A model generated the notes under the pieces. The model made no database searches. It was given only the letters and a program-made list of their open reading frames with translations, and was not told where the DNA came from. Made by a program: the position numbers and the translations under genes. Shown piece after piece: positions 13,165 through 25,695 of a DNA stretch of 64,000 nucleotides. This stretch comes from Cetorhinus maximus (Eukaryota), in the NCBI RefSeq assembly GCF_964194155.1, contig NC_135879.1, positions 84,444,001 through 84,508,000 of the forward strand. The letters are read 5' to 3'. The first letter of the stretch is position 1, and every line of letters starts with the position of its first letter.

Positions 13165-13684
13165 CCACTCCAAACGCTCCCACTACAGTCCAAAGGTGCC
13201 ATGCCTTGGTATGAAGAGTATATCGGGCTTTGAGAGGGTAGGTGGAGGGGCATGAGGATTTAAGGGGCCATGGGGAGCGGTGGAGAGGCATAACTTGACA
13301 TGGGGGATATAAGGAGCCATTGGGTTTGGGTAGAGGGGCATAATTTGGCATGGAGAACATGGGTAAGACCTTTTGAAATTACCTTTCAATAGGTTCCCTC
13401 ATCCAGACTATGGTTCACCCCTGAGGTGCTGTGAACCACAAGTCCTTTAAAAGCTGGCTTGACTTCACGAAAATTGCAGAGGGCTAGAACATGCCTACCC
13501 TCACAATGGAGCTGGCCATATTGGGAGTGTAGGGTGCGGGCTCATGAGCCACACCAGCCTGTATCTTTAATCTGCGCTGGTGAAAATTGGGGATGCTGGG
13601 AATAGGGTCAAGAATCCTGGAATTGTGTCCCAGCCGCCATTCTTACACCGCCACAGTCTTCCTGACTTGATGAAAATCCAGCCC
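13165..13684 (+). mobile_element. Right part of a longer non-autonomous Harbinger-like family with GGCATGG-rich tract
   Basis: Degenerate ggggcatgg repeats and terminus gaaaatccagccc; similar segments at 22560-23000, 27894-28277 and 32150-32628. Confidence 0.55.
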
Positions 13685-14435
13685 TTGGAGTTTTGTTACC
13701 ATCTTAACTTAGCTCAAACACAGATATTATGCAAAATATCATAACCCTTCAGCAAATGATGGTGTTGGATATAATGAAACAGGCAGACATTGGTGGGAGT
13801 TTTTATTTTGTTTTACAGCCATAATGTACTTATTTCCACCAATGAGGTGGGAGTTTCAGGGGGCTCTCTGCCCTCTTTTTACTGTTACTACTGGGGCTCC
13901 CTAAGGGTGAATGATACCCTAGCAGCCAGACTAGGTGCAAAAATGTAAATTCAATGTTAATGATCACAGCATCCGCCTTACTGTCCTGGATGTCTGGTTG
14001 ACAGATGCCTAAATCAAGTGTCATCCAAGGCAGTTGAACATTAGTGCTCGTATCCAGCCCCCTTAAATTCGTGAATCTGAGAAAGGATTGACAGGAGGTA
14101 TAGAAAGGTGAATTGAAGGCTCCTGTTTCATCTGATGTAGCACCCAAGATTTTTAGGGATGGAAGCCTCCTAGGTGCTATTTTTGGTCTGCAGCCAGAAC
14201 AGGCCTGGTGATGACAGTAGGGCTCTCGGACCTCCAGCCATGGTAGGCGGTCCTCCCCCACTTCTGGGTGCAAGTTCTATTTCTGAATATGATTGACAAC
14301 AGCAAGGAAAATATCAGGACAGTGCAAGTGACGTCAACCCAGACATATCAGCAGGTTCAAGTCCTATTTGAATGCCCTCTGCCTGACCTGCACCGAGGTA
14401 GTGGGGTTGGATGATAGTCAGTCCCAACTCTAACC

Positions 14436-14624
14436 TAAATAAAAACAGAGAATTCTGGGAAAACTCCGCAGGTCAGGCAGCATCAGTGGAGGAAGAAACA
14501 GAGTTAGCATTTAGGTCATTTACCTAATGAGTTAACTCAGTTTCTCTCTCCTCAGATGCTACCCCAGTTTTCCCAGAATTTTCTGTTTTTATTTCAGATT
14601 TCCAGCATTCGCAGAATTTTGCTT
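14436..14624. mobile_element. Palindromic Penelope-like terminal-repeat element
   Basis: Arms aaataaaaacagagaattctggga...gcatcagtgga...aaacagagtta and gttaactcagtttct...agatgct...cccagaattttctgtttttattt are reverse complements. Confidence 0.75.
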
Positions 14625-15256
14625 GCCCATCTTTATCCAATTGCTTTCCTTTCAGCCATGACATTCCTATCAAGCCCAGGGTAAACACAGATAAAAATCT
14701 GTTGGGTTTCAAAAGCAAACTGAGGCTTCAGTGGGTATGCCCATTTGAGAACCGAAGGAAGCTATATTGTGAGCGTGCTTCAGCTAGGGCTCTGGGAGGC
14801 CCTGGATTCTAATTGTACAAAACAAAATGCTGAATTTCCTCCTGGCTGCAATGATTTGGGAGCTGAGTGGGGATGATGGGATTAGATTTTGAAGATGTTT
14901 GCCAGGGGTCATAAATGGCAATTCTTGGGTTGCTTTGTCGTCTGGATTGAGGAAAGGGCTGGCCGGGAAACATAAGAAATTCAACTTTTTTAAAATTGCT
15001 GCTTTGCTTAAAGCAATCATTCACTGAGGATTGATGGAGTGGATATAACAGGCAAGACGTATGATGTTAATCTACCATTTATGTTCCATTATATCATTCC
15101 TGTAGATGTCTATGTCCAATGTTACTTCTAGTGACGAACCCTGGAAATGGGGTCAGGTGCTGACACCTGGCAGAACAACAATCCACTCAATTATCTTCCA
15201 TGCCCAGCCAGGCTATATTAACCACAGCATAAGTTGGGGCTCTGAATGTTTCCCTG

Positions 15257-15912
15257 GGCCAGAATCTTCGGGTCAGCGTGTGGGGGTGGGCCCCACTCGC
15301 CGACACGTAAAATGACGTGCGATGATGTCGGGCATGCGTCCCGACGTCACCGCGTGTCATTCAGATCTTCATTTCAGCGGCCGCACACCGGAGTCGGCTG
15401 CATACCCGCCGAACTGTTAAAGGCCTATTAAGGCCATTTAAAAACCAATTAACGGAGCTGCCCATCCAACCTTAAGGTTGGTGGGCAGGCGAAGAGCCCA
15501 GTTGGCCTTCGCACTTATCATGAAACCTCATCTACAGGCGGGCTGAGGTTTCATGAAGATTTTTAAAGTTTAACAAATTTTTAATAAAATTCATAGACAT
15601 GTCCCAGCTCATGTGACACTGTCACATGAGGGGACATGTCTTAATTTTTTTTTCTTTATTTAAATTTTTCTAAATCAAACTAATCTCCCTGAGGCAGCTC
15701 TGTGCCTCAGGGAGATTTCTGCGCAGGCCCCGACTCAGCATCCTCCCCCACCGCCCGCACAGGCAGCGCTTCTGGGTGCGCGTCACGCTGGGCGGGCCTT
15801 GATTGGCCTGCCCACGTAAAATGGCGGCGCACAGCCAATCGTGGGCAGCAATCGGCTGCACGCCCGCCCGCCCGCTCCTGCCCAGCCCCCCAATGGAGAG
15901 AAAATTCTCCCC
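15257..15912 (+). mobile_element. Multi-hairpin Harbinger-type MITE
   Basis: TIRs GGCCAGAATCTTC / GAAAATTCTCCCC; colinear with the 52207 and 54235 copies; TSD ambiguous here. Confidence 0.85.
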
Positions 15913-16899
15913 TGGAGTTGTTTCATCATTTGTGCCAAGTTGTTCTTGTGCAATTCAGAGGCAGCAAGCAACATGCCATAATAGTGCCATACTAGTGCTG
16001 AATTAAACTGGAAATGCCTTTTCTTATCTTTGACTTTTCTTAAGTTCTTATGCCCACATCCAATTGCCACCTATGTTCAGTCTATGAAAAATGTAGGTTC
16101 TTCTTTTTGAACTTCTATAATAGTTTCACCTCAATAATTTAAAAAAAATTTTCAGAGCTATTAAAATTTATTAGAGAGATCTATTTATCGACAAGCCCAG
16201 TGCAAAATCAACTTGAGTTTAAAGAGCTTTGAGAAACTATTTATGAATATGATTGACAACAGCACCATTGAAAAGGCATATTACATCCTAAACACCACCA
16301 CTGGATACAAAGGCAAACTGATTTTTCATTTGTTTCATTTTAATGAAAATAAAATATCAAATGAACTCTAATCTGTTTTTCTATCATGGCTGAGTATGAG
16401 AAAAGTAAATGGACCAGTGTATTGAAATGACAAAGTAAATGTTTTGAAATGAATAGTGGAAGCATGTTTGAAATACTGTTTTTTTCATTGACACTTGTCA
16501 GTAAGACAGAATGTTTGGCACTTGTGTTAAGTGTTTGGCTAAATAGCAACAATAATAGAGGAGATGAAAGTTGTGGAAATAATTGAGATTTTGTTGTTTA
16601 ATATTGCCATGTATGTGCTCTCTTGAACTCCGTGATGTCACTTCCTATCCTTTTAATTACCATGTTGCCTACCAAGTTGAAATTGTCTGATGCCTCGCTA
16701 GCTAGGCCATTCTTTTTCTAGCTAATGGCTTTCTGGCTCCCCAGGATTCTCTGTGGATTACTGTTCAAACTTTAATGAAGGGGCAGGAAAAGCTCAACTG
16801 CCAGTGCATAAATGGGGATAATATCCTATTACAGACCTACTATATGTGCTTTAAGCAGTAATGTATAATGTTATTGATGTCTTTAATGAAGAGCTCTTC

Positions 16900-17280
16900 T
16901 GACTATGTAAATGTGTATTATTGAGCCAGACAAATCAGGAGTATCCCAGGTTTGATTAATGGTCTATTCTGAAATAAATATCCTTTGGTTTAGGAAGATG
17001 TAGATATGTTTCAGAGCTGGCCAGCATTAAAATCAACCTGAATTGTCACTCACGGACATCATTAGCTAATGGCCTGTGATGGAAAGTGCATGGATGGAGC
17101 ATGTGTTAAGGACAAGTTGAGTTCAGCTGAGATGCCCCTCATGGTTAAGTAGCCTGACAACACTGACTATATGGATGCACACATAGAAAACACGTACAGG
17201 ACTGTGTTGCTGGCACCTGTAGAATTGCAGCCTAACCTGAGCTAGTGCTTTCAGAACAGAAAGGTAGAAGAGAGGTAGAA
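16900..17280 (+). mobile_element. Old SINE-like repeat
   Basis: tcccaggtttgat B-box-like motif; similarity to 48730-49040 (caggaaagtcccagacttaatacctgg). Strongly diverged. Confidence 0.4.
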
Positions 17281-17494
17281 AAGCAAAGATAATTTGTTCT
17301 GCAGATTGAAAAAGGCATATGTAACAATGAATTAACTTATCAGAGATTCGCTTCTCACAATGATTTCTGAATTAATTTGCAAGCTGGAAATGTTAATGCT
17401 AATAACTTTCCATCATATCTATAAAAAAATGTGAATTATAGCAAATGAATCAGATGAAGATTGCAAGGTGCCTACATTTTGTTGTGTTTACTCA

Positions 17495-18340
17495 CAGACT
17501 CATAGACATTTACAGCACAGGAGGAGACCATTTGGCCCATAGTGTCTGTGCTGGTCAACAAAGATCTGACTACACTAATCCTATTTTCCAGTGCTTGGCC
17601 CGTAGCCCTGGAGGCTATGGCAATGCAAGTGAATATCTAAATACTTCTTAAATGTTACAAGAGTTTCTGACTCGAGCACCCTTTCAGACAGAGTTCCAGA
17701 CTCCCCACCGCCCTCTGAGTGAAAACAATTCTTCTCAACTCCCCTCGTAGCTTTCTATCCCTTACCGTAAATCAATGCCTCTTGGTATTGACCCCTCTAC
17801 TAATGGAAAAAGTGCCTTCTTATCCATCCTATCTAAGCCCCTCATAATCTTGTACACCCCTATCAGGTCCCCTCTCGACCTTCGTTGCTCCAAGGAAGAC
17901 AACTCCAGCTTGTCCAATCTTTCCTCATGGCTCAGACTCTGCAGCCCAAGCAGCATCCTGGTAAATCTCCTCTGCACCCTCTCCAGTGCAATCACATCCT
18001 TCCTATAATGTGGTGACCAGAACTGTACGCAGTACTCCAGTTGTGGCCTAACCGGAGTTTTATACAGTTCCAAAATAACCTCCCTCCTCTTGTATTCTAT
18101 GCCTCTGCTAATAAAGGCAAGTATCCCATATGCCTTTTAAACCACCTTATCTACCTGCCCTGCTACTCTCAGGGATCTGTGGATTTACACACCAAGGTCC
18201 CCCTGATCTTCAGTACTTTCCAAGGTCCTACCATTCATAGTGTAATCCCTTGCCTCGTTAGCCCTCCCCAAGTGCATTACCTCACACTTTTCTGGGTTGA
18301 ATTCCATTTGCCACTGTTCTGCCCACCTGACCAATCCATT
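17495..18340 (-). mobile_element. CR1 LINE 3' fragment
   Basis: ORF 17762-18073 YKTPVRPQLEYCVQFWSPHYRKDVIALERVQRRF; CR1 3'UTR. Confidence 0.92.
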
Positions 18341-19170
18341 TAGATTTTATATCAGAGCAAAGTCAAAATATGTGGCAAAAATTATTTCTTCTCAAGTTTT
18401 GAATAGTTGATTTGATACTACAAATATTTGTTTCCCAATTGTGAATTGTGCACTGTCAATTCCATGGCAATGCTGTCAATTATTTTGAGACTGAGCACTA
18501 CCTGTTGGCTTTAGCTTTTCTGTGAAACAGCCTCAGCGATTATTATGTTCTTATAATTCAGTACCAACATGATCCCTCTTAAACTTTTATGAAGAGCTTC
18601 ATATTTTCTCTCTGCACTTCAGTAAATGAGGATAACTCCCCATCTGCCAAAATAAAATGCTTTTTATGAAGGAAACATTCTTGTGGAATATTTTATAACT
18701 CAGTCTTAAGCAGACTAATATTTTAATAATGGTAATTTTAAGTTGGTGGTATCTGCACTAATTCCACGAGCGACAGTTTGGAAATAACAGAGTGCATCAA
18801 AAATTTTCAGTGGGGCTTGTCTGAGTATCTACGAATAATTCTATTATATCTCTCCTAGATTTTCCATCATTTTAAAAACAATTTTATTTTATATTTTTTG
18901 GCTGCAATAAGATAACACTTTAATAACTGATGTAAGCTTAATAGACAGCCACAGATACCAAGAGTGAAAGTGTTGAAAAAAGTAAACATTAAAGCAGGAC
19001 ATATAATAATCTACAAATTAAGAATAATAGATTATTGATGCCATGGAGAAAATATTGGATTCATCATAATCGGGTGAAGCTGATTGATGCCCCTAGTTAA
19101 AACATTATCTTCAGACTGAAATTTTACACAAATTCATACTGATTTCAATAACACTCCGTTTATTTGAGCA

Positions 19171-19337
19171 AGAGTCGGTTAGCTCAGATGGCTAGAATGT
19201 GGGGCAGACAATGCCAACAGTGTGGGTTCAATCCTTGTACTGGCTGTGGTAGTTCTTGGAAGGCTATGTCCTTACCTTGCCCCATGCTTGACGCCCCATA
19301 AGTTAGGTAACCACTAGAGGGAGAAGCCGATGGTCTC
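19171..19337 (+). mobile_element. tRNA-derived SINE, cut by the assembly gap
   Basis: Pol III A box TAGCTCAGATGG (19180-19191) and B box GGTTCAATCC (19225-19234); no full cloverleaf. Confidence 0.7.
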
Positions 19338-19537
19338 NNNNNNNNNNNNNNNNNNNNNNNNNNNNNNNNNNNNNNNNNNNNNNNNNNNNNNNNNNNNNNN
19401 NNNNNNNNNNNNNNNNNNNNNNNNNNNNNNNNNNNNNNNNNNNNNNNNNNNNNNNNNNNNNNNNNNNNNNNNNNNNNNNNNNNNNNNNNNNNNNNNNNNN
19501 NNNNNNNNNNNNNNNNNNNNNNNNNNNNNNNNNNNNN
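19338..19537. other. Assembly gap (200 N)
   Basis: Run of exactly 200 N; a round size suggests a scaffolding placeholder. Confidence 0.99.
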
Positions 19538-19549
19538 TCTGTGGGGAGG

Positions 19550-19840
19550 TTAATGATTCACCTTGGGGGGAGAGGGTAACGATTCACCTGAGGTTAAGGA
19601 TTTGCCTGAGTTTAATTACTTACCTGGGGGCATTAGTGATTTACCTGGGGTTAATAATTCTTTTTTTGGGATTAATGATTTACTTGGGATTTATGATTCA
19701 CCTGTGGTTGGGGCGGGGTGGGGGGGGGGGGGGGTGCTTACTGAATCACCTGAATTAATGAACACTGGGGCTAATGAAACATCTGGAATGATGAATCATC
19801 CGAGGTAATGAATCATTTGGAAGTTCGTGATTCATCTGAG
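19550..19840. repeat. Degenerate ~17-18 bp minisatellite (TTAATGATTCACCTGGGG-like)
   Basis: About 12 variant units, e.g. taatgattcacc, aacgattcacctgagg, tagtgatttacctgggg, ttatgattcacctgtgg. Confidence 0.7.
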
Positions 19841-20644
19841 TTAATATTTGAATATCAGGTCAAAATTTTCACCAAAGTGAAGCCACCTGATTATCCTCCA
19901 TTTAAATTAATGAGAGAAAAATCTGTTGAATTCCTTATTAGATATCTTTTGCAAAATTGAATCTAAATATTTGGTACAAATTGATTAAGATTTGAGGAGC
20001 ACTCAGTGTTCTGAAATACAACTGGCACTAATATTCAAGCCGAAAGATGTGGGTGAGATTTTAACTCACTCAAAAGCCATTCACATGCACAGAGTTAAAA
20101 TTGGGCCTATGGTGTGTGCTAAAATCATTCAGTTTAACAGCATTTACCGCATCCATGTGATCTAATGGAAAATGCCCTCTTCAATTATTTGATTTCTTTT
20201 GAGGGCAATTTTACTACTTATGGCCAGGCAAAAACAAGTGTTAATGAATCAGCAGCTTGTTTTACACCTCACCCAATCTTCTTTTTAAAAGGTTAAAATT
20301 AGTCCATACTGTTTTATACAATGTAAGTCACATTATGTCAGAAGTGAATTATTATCTGATAGCTGAACATTTTACACAAATTGATGAAGGTTTCAGATCC
20401 ACTCAGTTTTTTTCAAAAAACAATTATCACCAAAATTCAGACAGTGATTGATCACTTGACTTTTGAGTACTTCTCTGTGTGATGCTGAAACTTTATCAAG
20501 TTAGGCAAATTGCTTCAGAGTACAGTTGGTAATTGATTATGTACTGGTTCATGGAACACTTCTCATTGCTGTCAAGATGCAAATTGTTTTAAGCTTCACT
20601 ATTATCACCAGAGCTTTGCACACTATGTATTCTGAATGCACATA

Positions 20645-20833
20645 AGGATACTCAGTAAATCAATCATATATCTCAGGTCAAACCTAACAAAGTGAAACAA
20701 TTGATGTTTTAGGTCTGTGACCTTTTATCGGAACTGATGAAAGGTCAGTGACATGAAACGTTAACTGTTTTTTTTTTCTCCACAGATGTTGCCTGACCTG
20801 TTGAGTATTGGCAGCATTTTCTGTGTTTATTTT
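20645..20833. mobile_element. Penelope-like inverted terminal-repeat mini-element
   Basis: Right arm ...ctccacagatgttgcctgacctgttgagtattggcagcattttctgtgtttattt is homologous to the arms at 14436 and 25600; a degraded inverted arm lies to its left. Confidence 0.7.
20731..20767 (+). ncRNA. Minimal type I hammerhead ribozyme-like motif
   Basis: CTGATGA (20734-20740), A, stem aggtca/tgacat, GAAA (20755-20758), palindromic AACGTT helix III. Helix I 5' strand is altered in this copy. Confidence 0.55.
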
Positions 20834-21783
20834 AAAGTTAATTTATGTTGCCTTTGGTCACTGCAGAAGCAAAAGGTGATTTTGTATTTATGCAGCCATT
20901 ATAACAAAGGTTTATAACATCTCTGAATGACATTTTACAATATTGGGAATTGATTTCAGCCATTAGATTTTTGTAAGAACATGCAATTAACTTTAGACCA
21001 CTTTTTTTTTACTATGAATATAATTAATGTTCCATCATCTTTTACGCGGGAATGAAGTTTTGAAAAGTGTGCTTTGTAAGGTCTCCTATTCCAGTGCAGT
21101 ATTGCAGCATTATTTATCACTGTCAACAGAGAGTTGGAGCAGTCTTTAAATTGGTTCAAAGTCGGCAATTTACATTTGTTTTGCAGATTTAGTACTGCAG
21201 ACATGAAAGCTATTAGTATGTCCCATCAATTGAACCACAATGTTGGTGTCATCAATTGAGATTACTTATTTTTACTGAGTTAGTGTAATAATTATTGGAT
21301 AATTTAATGATCACCTCCTGACTATTATATTTTATTCAATGAACACCATAAGCTGATAAAGTAGAGCTTATCTTCGAACAATAGTTAATGGATGCGTGAC
21401 AGGGAGGTTAAAAAGTTTGTTAAAATATCACAGTCGAGAATTTGATAAAGATCTGTTTATCAATGTATTTCATCCAAGGCTTTCAACTTGGAGTGGAAAT
21501 TCTAAACTTAACTTTTAAAGTGATTCAAAAATAAGAGAGCACAGAGTTGTAGTTAGTTCACAAAAGTATAACCAAATCATAACTAAACTGAAAAATGTAA
21601 ACATAACAGTAACAAAACATCAACATAGAGAATGTCACTGATAAAAGGATCTTGACACTGTGCATAATAGTATATGTACCCACACAGCTAAAGATCTCCT
21701 TGCATATCTTAGTAAGAGGAAGATTATGAATAACAACAGTGTCTCTTGCACTATTATGAATACATAGTCAATTTGAGAAATAA

Positions 21784-23000
21784 GGCCCAGATTTTTGTGG
21801 AATTGGAAAGACTCAGTGGAGCTTTAAAAAGAGAGAGCAGGACTCGGATATGGAAGTCCCACCCTTATTTCAGACAGGTCCAATTTTTGCCAGCAGGGAA
21901 AGGGTGAAGGGTGTGACTCTCACAGGAGGGAAACTCACAGTCAACAGGACCATTTAAACTTAGCACTAAATTCAAACAGACCCCAATCTAGGCTGGTCCA
22001 AGGGCCTTAACCCACAGGGTGAAGGTCATGAATTTATGCAGTTGATGCAAACATTCTTGAAGGACAGATAATGTTTGTTTAAGTATCATGGTATGAAGTC
22101 TTTTACACCCCCTCCCCTACTCTTTAAACATGGAAAAAATATTCTGAATGTGTCAATAGGATTTTTTAAAAAATCCTGCTGGACCACTTTAATTGACAGG
22201 ACATCTGGTGTAGCTTCAAAAAAAAACATTACCACCTGGTCATGCATTTTCAATAGAGTACTTTGTTGAAATTTCCCCAAGGGCTATTATTTTGTAATTA
22301 TAAATGATTGGATGAGTTTTAAAAGCTACAGTTATCGCAACAGGATCTTCTGAGTTCACAGCTTGACTAACAGTTCAAAGAGCTATTAAAGAATTAATTG
22401 CTTTTGATGTGGAGTCTGAATAGAAGTGTGTTTGTTTTTTTATAAAAGACTACCCACTTTAGATTTCATGAACTTTGAAACTTTGGGTTTCATGAATGGG
22501 AGGTTTTTTCACTAAGAGGTGTATATGAGTGAGAGCTTTTTTAGATTATTAGATTTTGTTTTCATCTCCACGTGGCTTCTGATGTCTGCCCATGGTGGAT
22601 ACTGGGTGAGTGGGTATGGAGTTAGCATAATGGTACGAGCGGCATGAGGTGTATTGAGAGGGCATGGAGGGTAGGTGAGGGCCTGAGTTAGCATGGAGGT
22701 TCCATGGGGGGATAGGTGTAGGTGTGCAGGTTGAGGGTGAGAGAGCATAGCAGCTTCTAAAACTACTGGAACAAAGCCCAGAAAACCGAGGTGGGCCTTT
22801 TAATCGGCCCACTTCAGCACCTGCCCGCCTCCGTGGCCGCACTAGGATCATCTTCCAGGGTCAGGGGGCTCAATTCGATCCCACCCTTCCTCCCCAGACT
22901 GAAAATTGTGTCCAATGCGGCCCTGTTAACCGAGGCAGGTCTGCCAAGTAGAGAAATTTCCTGGCTCAAGCTACCCACCATGGTAGTGAAAATCCAGTTC
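21784..23000 (+). mobile_element. ~1.2 kb non-autonomous Harbinger-like DNA transposon
   Basis: Termini GGCCCAGATTTT (after TAA) and GAAAATCCAGTTC; internal 22360-22420 is homologous to the reverse complement of 26880-26945; GGCATGG-rich tract. Confidence 0.55.
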
Positions 23001-24205
23001 TTGGTGTACCTCTGACCGTGGTCCTATGCCTTAAGTTTTTTAATATTGATTTCTTGTCCAGCCTTTCTGATAACAGCTCCAGAAACTTGCTATTGTTGGA
23101 ACATGTTTTGTTATGGCAGTGAACCTACTCCTAATTCACAAAAAAATGAGTCAAGGGGTGATGTGGAAATATTTTCCCTGATAGGCCCTGGTAACTTCAA
23201 CCTGTTTTCTTCTCTGAAATGGCTCTTGTCACAATAACAGTATTGGCCTTGAAGATGCTTATGCTAATTGTCCTATTAACATGAGAATCAGGCCATCTAA
23301 TAAAGACACCGTGAACAGCATTTGTGCTTGAATAACTAACCTATGTTTATTTTCAAGTATATTTGATATAAGAAAATTTTCCAAGATCATACTCCATTTC
23401 ACCTCTACCATCACTGCATAGCAAATTGAGGCATATGTTGTAAGTTGCTTTCTGACCCTGACAGCACATGTCAGGACTTCTGATGTGTGTGCCCAGTGGG
23501 CGAGGTTCCCTACTGGGAGCATGATATCAAAAAATGTACTACCCCCATGTAAACATGTTTGTGGGCATCATTTATACACTTCTATCTGAGCTGGAGGAAT
23601 AAGATTACAGGTTTTGATTTAAACCATAGAGAAGTCGATGTTACTGTTGTGTGGGTAGTTCTTTTCATTTTCTATATCAAATTGCATTTTAAAAAGTGCT
23701 TCACTTGCATATAAAATATAGAAAACATGGATTACTCGGAAAAAAAAAATTAGGGCCAAGCAATTCTTTCTGTGATTCTTCTCAGTATATCTTCAAACTC
23801 CCTTTTATGTAGAAGAACATAAAATCTTTTTGTGAAACAGCTGGGGGCTAATTTCCTAACCTCCTTCCCGTCCCGCTCAATGCACCAATTCCTTGGACAC
23901 TGTACAATGATCATTGACTCTCTCTCTATTTCTCTCCAGAATAGCTGTTCACCCACAAAAAAGGCCTCATGACCATACTTCAGGCCCAACTCCCACCTGA
24001 ATCTGGCGGGAATGCCATGAACTGGCTAATGGGATAAGCACAACAGGGGGCCGCTGTTACCATCTCTGAATTTCAAGTCAGTGTTTTGAGGGTGGCAGAA
24101 ATGGTCATGGTCGGGGGAGGTTGGAAAAAAAAAAAACTGGACAGCAGAGCCCCACCGTTCCCTTGGAGGACCTGGAAAGCACTCCTGACCCTCCTTTCCC
24201 ACAAG

Positions 24206-24379
24206 CTATGTTCCCGCTAATGTTTTATTTTTGGAGTGCATGGATGCTTTGTTTGCATGCCCCTTTAATTTGTTTGTGTGTGGCATTGCATGCATGGTAA
24301 ATTGAAAGGGCTAACTTTAGTGAGGCCAGCAAGCAAATCTTTGGGTCACTGCATGGCCATGCAATTTAGATGGAACAAG
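24206..24379. mobile_element. Short MITE with TGTTCCCxCTAA termini (hAT-like)
   Basis: TIRs tgttcccgctaa / ttagatggaaca; related copy at ~58075-58214 ending ttagagggaatattg. No TSD recognisable. Confidence 0.5.
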
Positions 24380-24603
24380 TAACCTGGAAAAAAAATTACA
24401 ATAGTACAGTTATTGAATTATAGACTAGTAATCTGGAGACTGGAGTAACACTCAAGAGAACTTGAGTCCAAATCTCACCATATCCAACTCAGAATTGGAA
24501 TATAGTTTAAAAAAATATAAAAAGCTGGTATCAGTAACGTTAACCTCAAAGCTGTCAGATTTTTGGAAAAACTCAACTGCGGCACAAGTAACCTTTGGGA
24601 AGA

Positions 24604-25695
24604 GGAAAGCAAAATACTGAGGATGCTGGAAATCTGAAACAAAAACAGAAGGTTTCTCAGCAGGTCTAACAGTATCTGTGAGGAGAAAAAAGAGTTAACA
24701 TTTTGAGTCCTTATGATTCTTCTTCAGAGCTAAAGAGAAGTAATAATGTAATGAAATTTATAGGGACGAATTTTCTCCCCGTCAGGCGGGCCAGTCAGGA
24801 GTGGGCGTGGGCGGGCGCAGAGCCGATCGCCGCCCATGATTGGCTTCGCATCACCATTTTACGTGGGCGTGCCCAGTAGCACTCAGCGTTACCTGTGCGG
24901 GCAGAGTGAGGAGAGGGAGTCGGGGCCTGCGCACTTTCACACAGGTGCGCGAAAGAGCGCACAAATCTCCCTGAGGCAGATCCGTGCCTCAGGGAGATTA
25001 AGTTCAATTTAAAACATCAAAATGAAAAAAGTTAAAAAATCATTTACACACGTTGTCACATGAGCTGGGACATGAAATGTTTGAAAAAGATTTATTAATT
25101 TAATAAACCCTTCATGAAATCTCATCCCGCCCGTGGATGAGGTTTCATGAAAATGCAAAGGCCACCTGGGCTTTTCATCTGCCCGCCAACCTTAAGGTTG
25201 GACGGGCAGCCCTGTCATTTTGGTTAATTAGTTTACTAATGGCCTTAACAGGCCTTTGACAGTTTGGCAGGCACACAGCTGACTCCGGTTTGCGCCTGCC
25301 GAACAAAAGGTCGGAATGATGCGCGGTGACATCGGGACGCATGTCCAACGTCACCGCGCGTCATTTTACGTGTCAGCGTGTGGGGACGTGATATCGCATT
25401 CTGCTTTCTGACCTCAATGCTGCCACCAGCACCTCCTTTAGCCAGTACTGCTATCATTAGCACCCCTTTGTCCTTTAGCCCATGACATCTCTGGCAATCT
25501 CTCCTTTGCCTCCACCTATCACTGGCCTTCTATCCAGCTTCACCTGCTCCATCCCCCTTAACAGTATAAATTTAATTACACTTTTACTTCTTTTTAGAAG
25601 AAGAGTCATAAGGATTTGAAACGTTAACTCTTTTTTTCTCTCTCTCCACAGATGCTATTAGACCTGCTGAGTTTTTCCAGCATTTCCTGTTTTTG
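24604..25695. mobile_element. Penelope-like element remnant with inverted terminal repeats
   Basis: 24606-24762 is the reverse complement of ~25565-25695; 10-bp TSD TTTGGGAAGA at 24594-24603 and 25696-25705. Confidence 0.8.
24763..25387 (-). mobile_element. Multi-hairpin Harbinger-type MITE, one terminus lost
   Basis: Reverse complement of the 15257 copy; TIR GGGACGAATTTTC at 24763; truncated near gtgtggggac. Confidence 0.85.

Noticed and set aside
14392-14420. let-7-like sequence (gaggtagtggggttg)
   Set aside because: Only a seed-length match, with no complementary hairpin arm.
19171-19250. tRNA gene
   Set aside because: A and B boxes are present, but no cloverleaf or anticodon arm; it continues into a SINE body.
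19330-19758. 142-aa ORF
   Set aside because: Artefact of reading through the N gap and the minisatellite.
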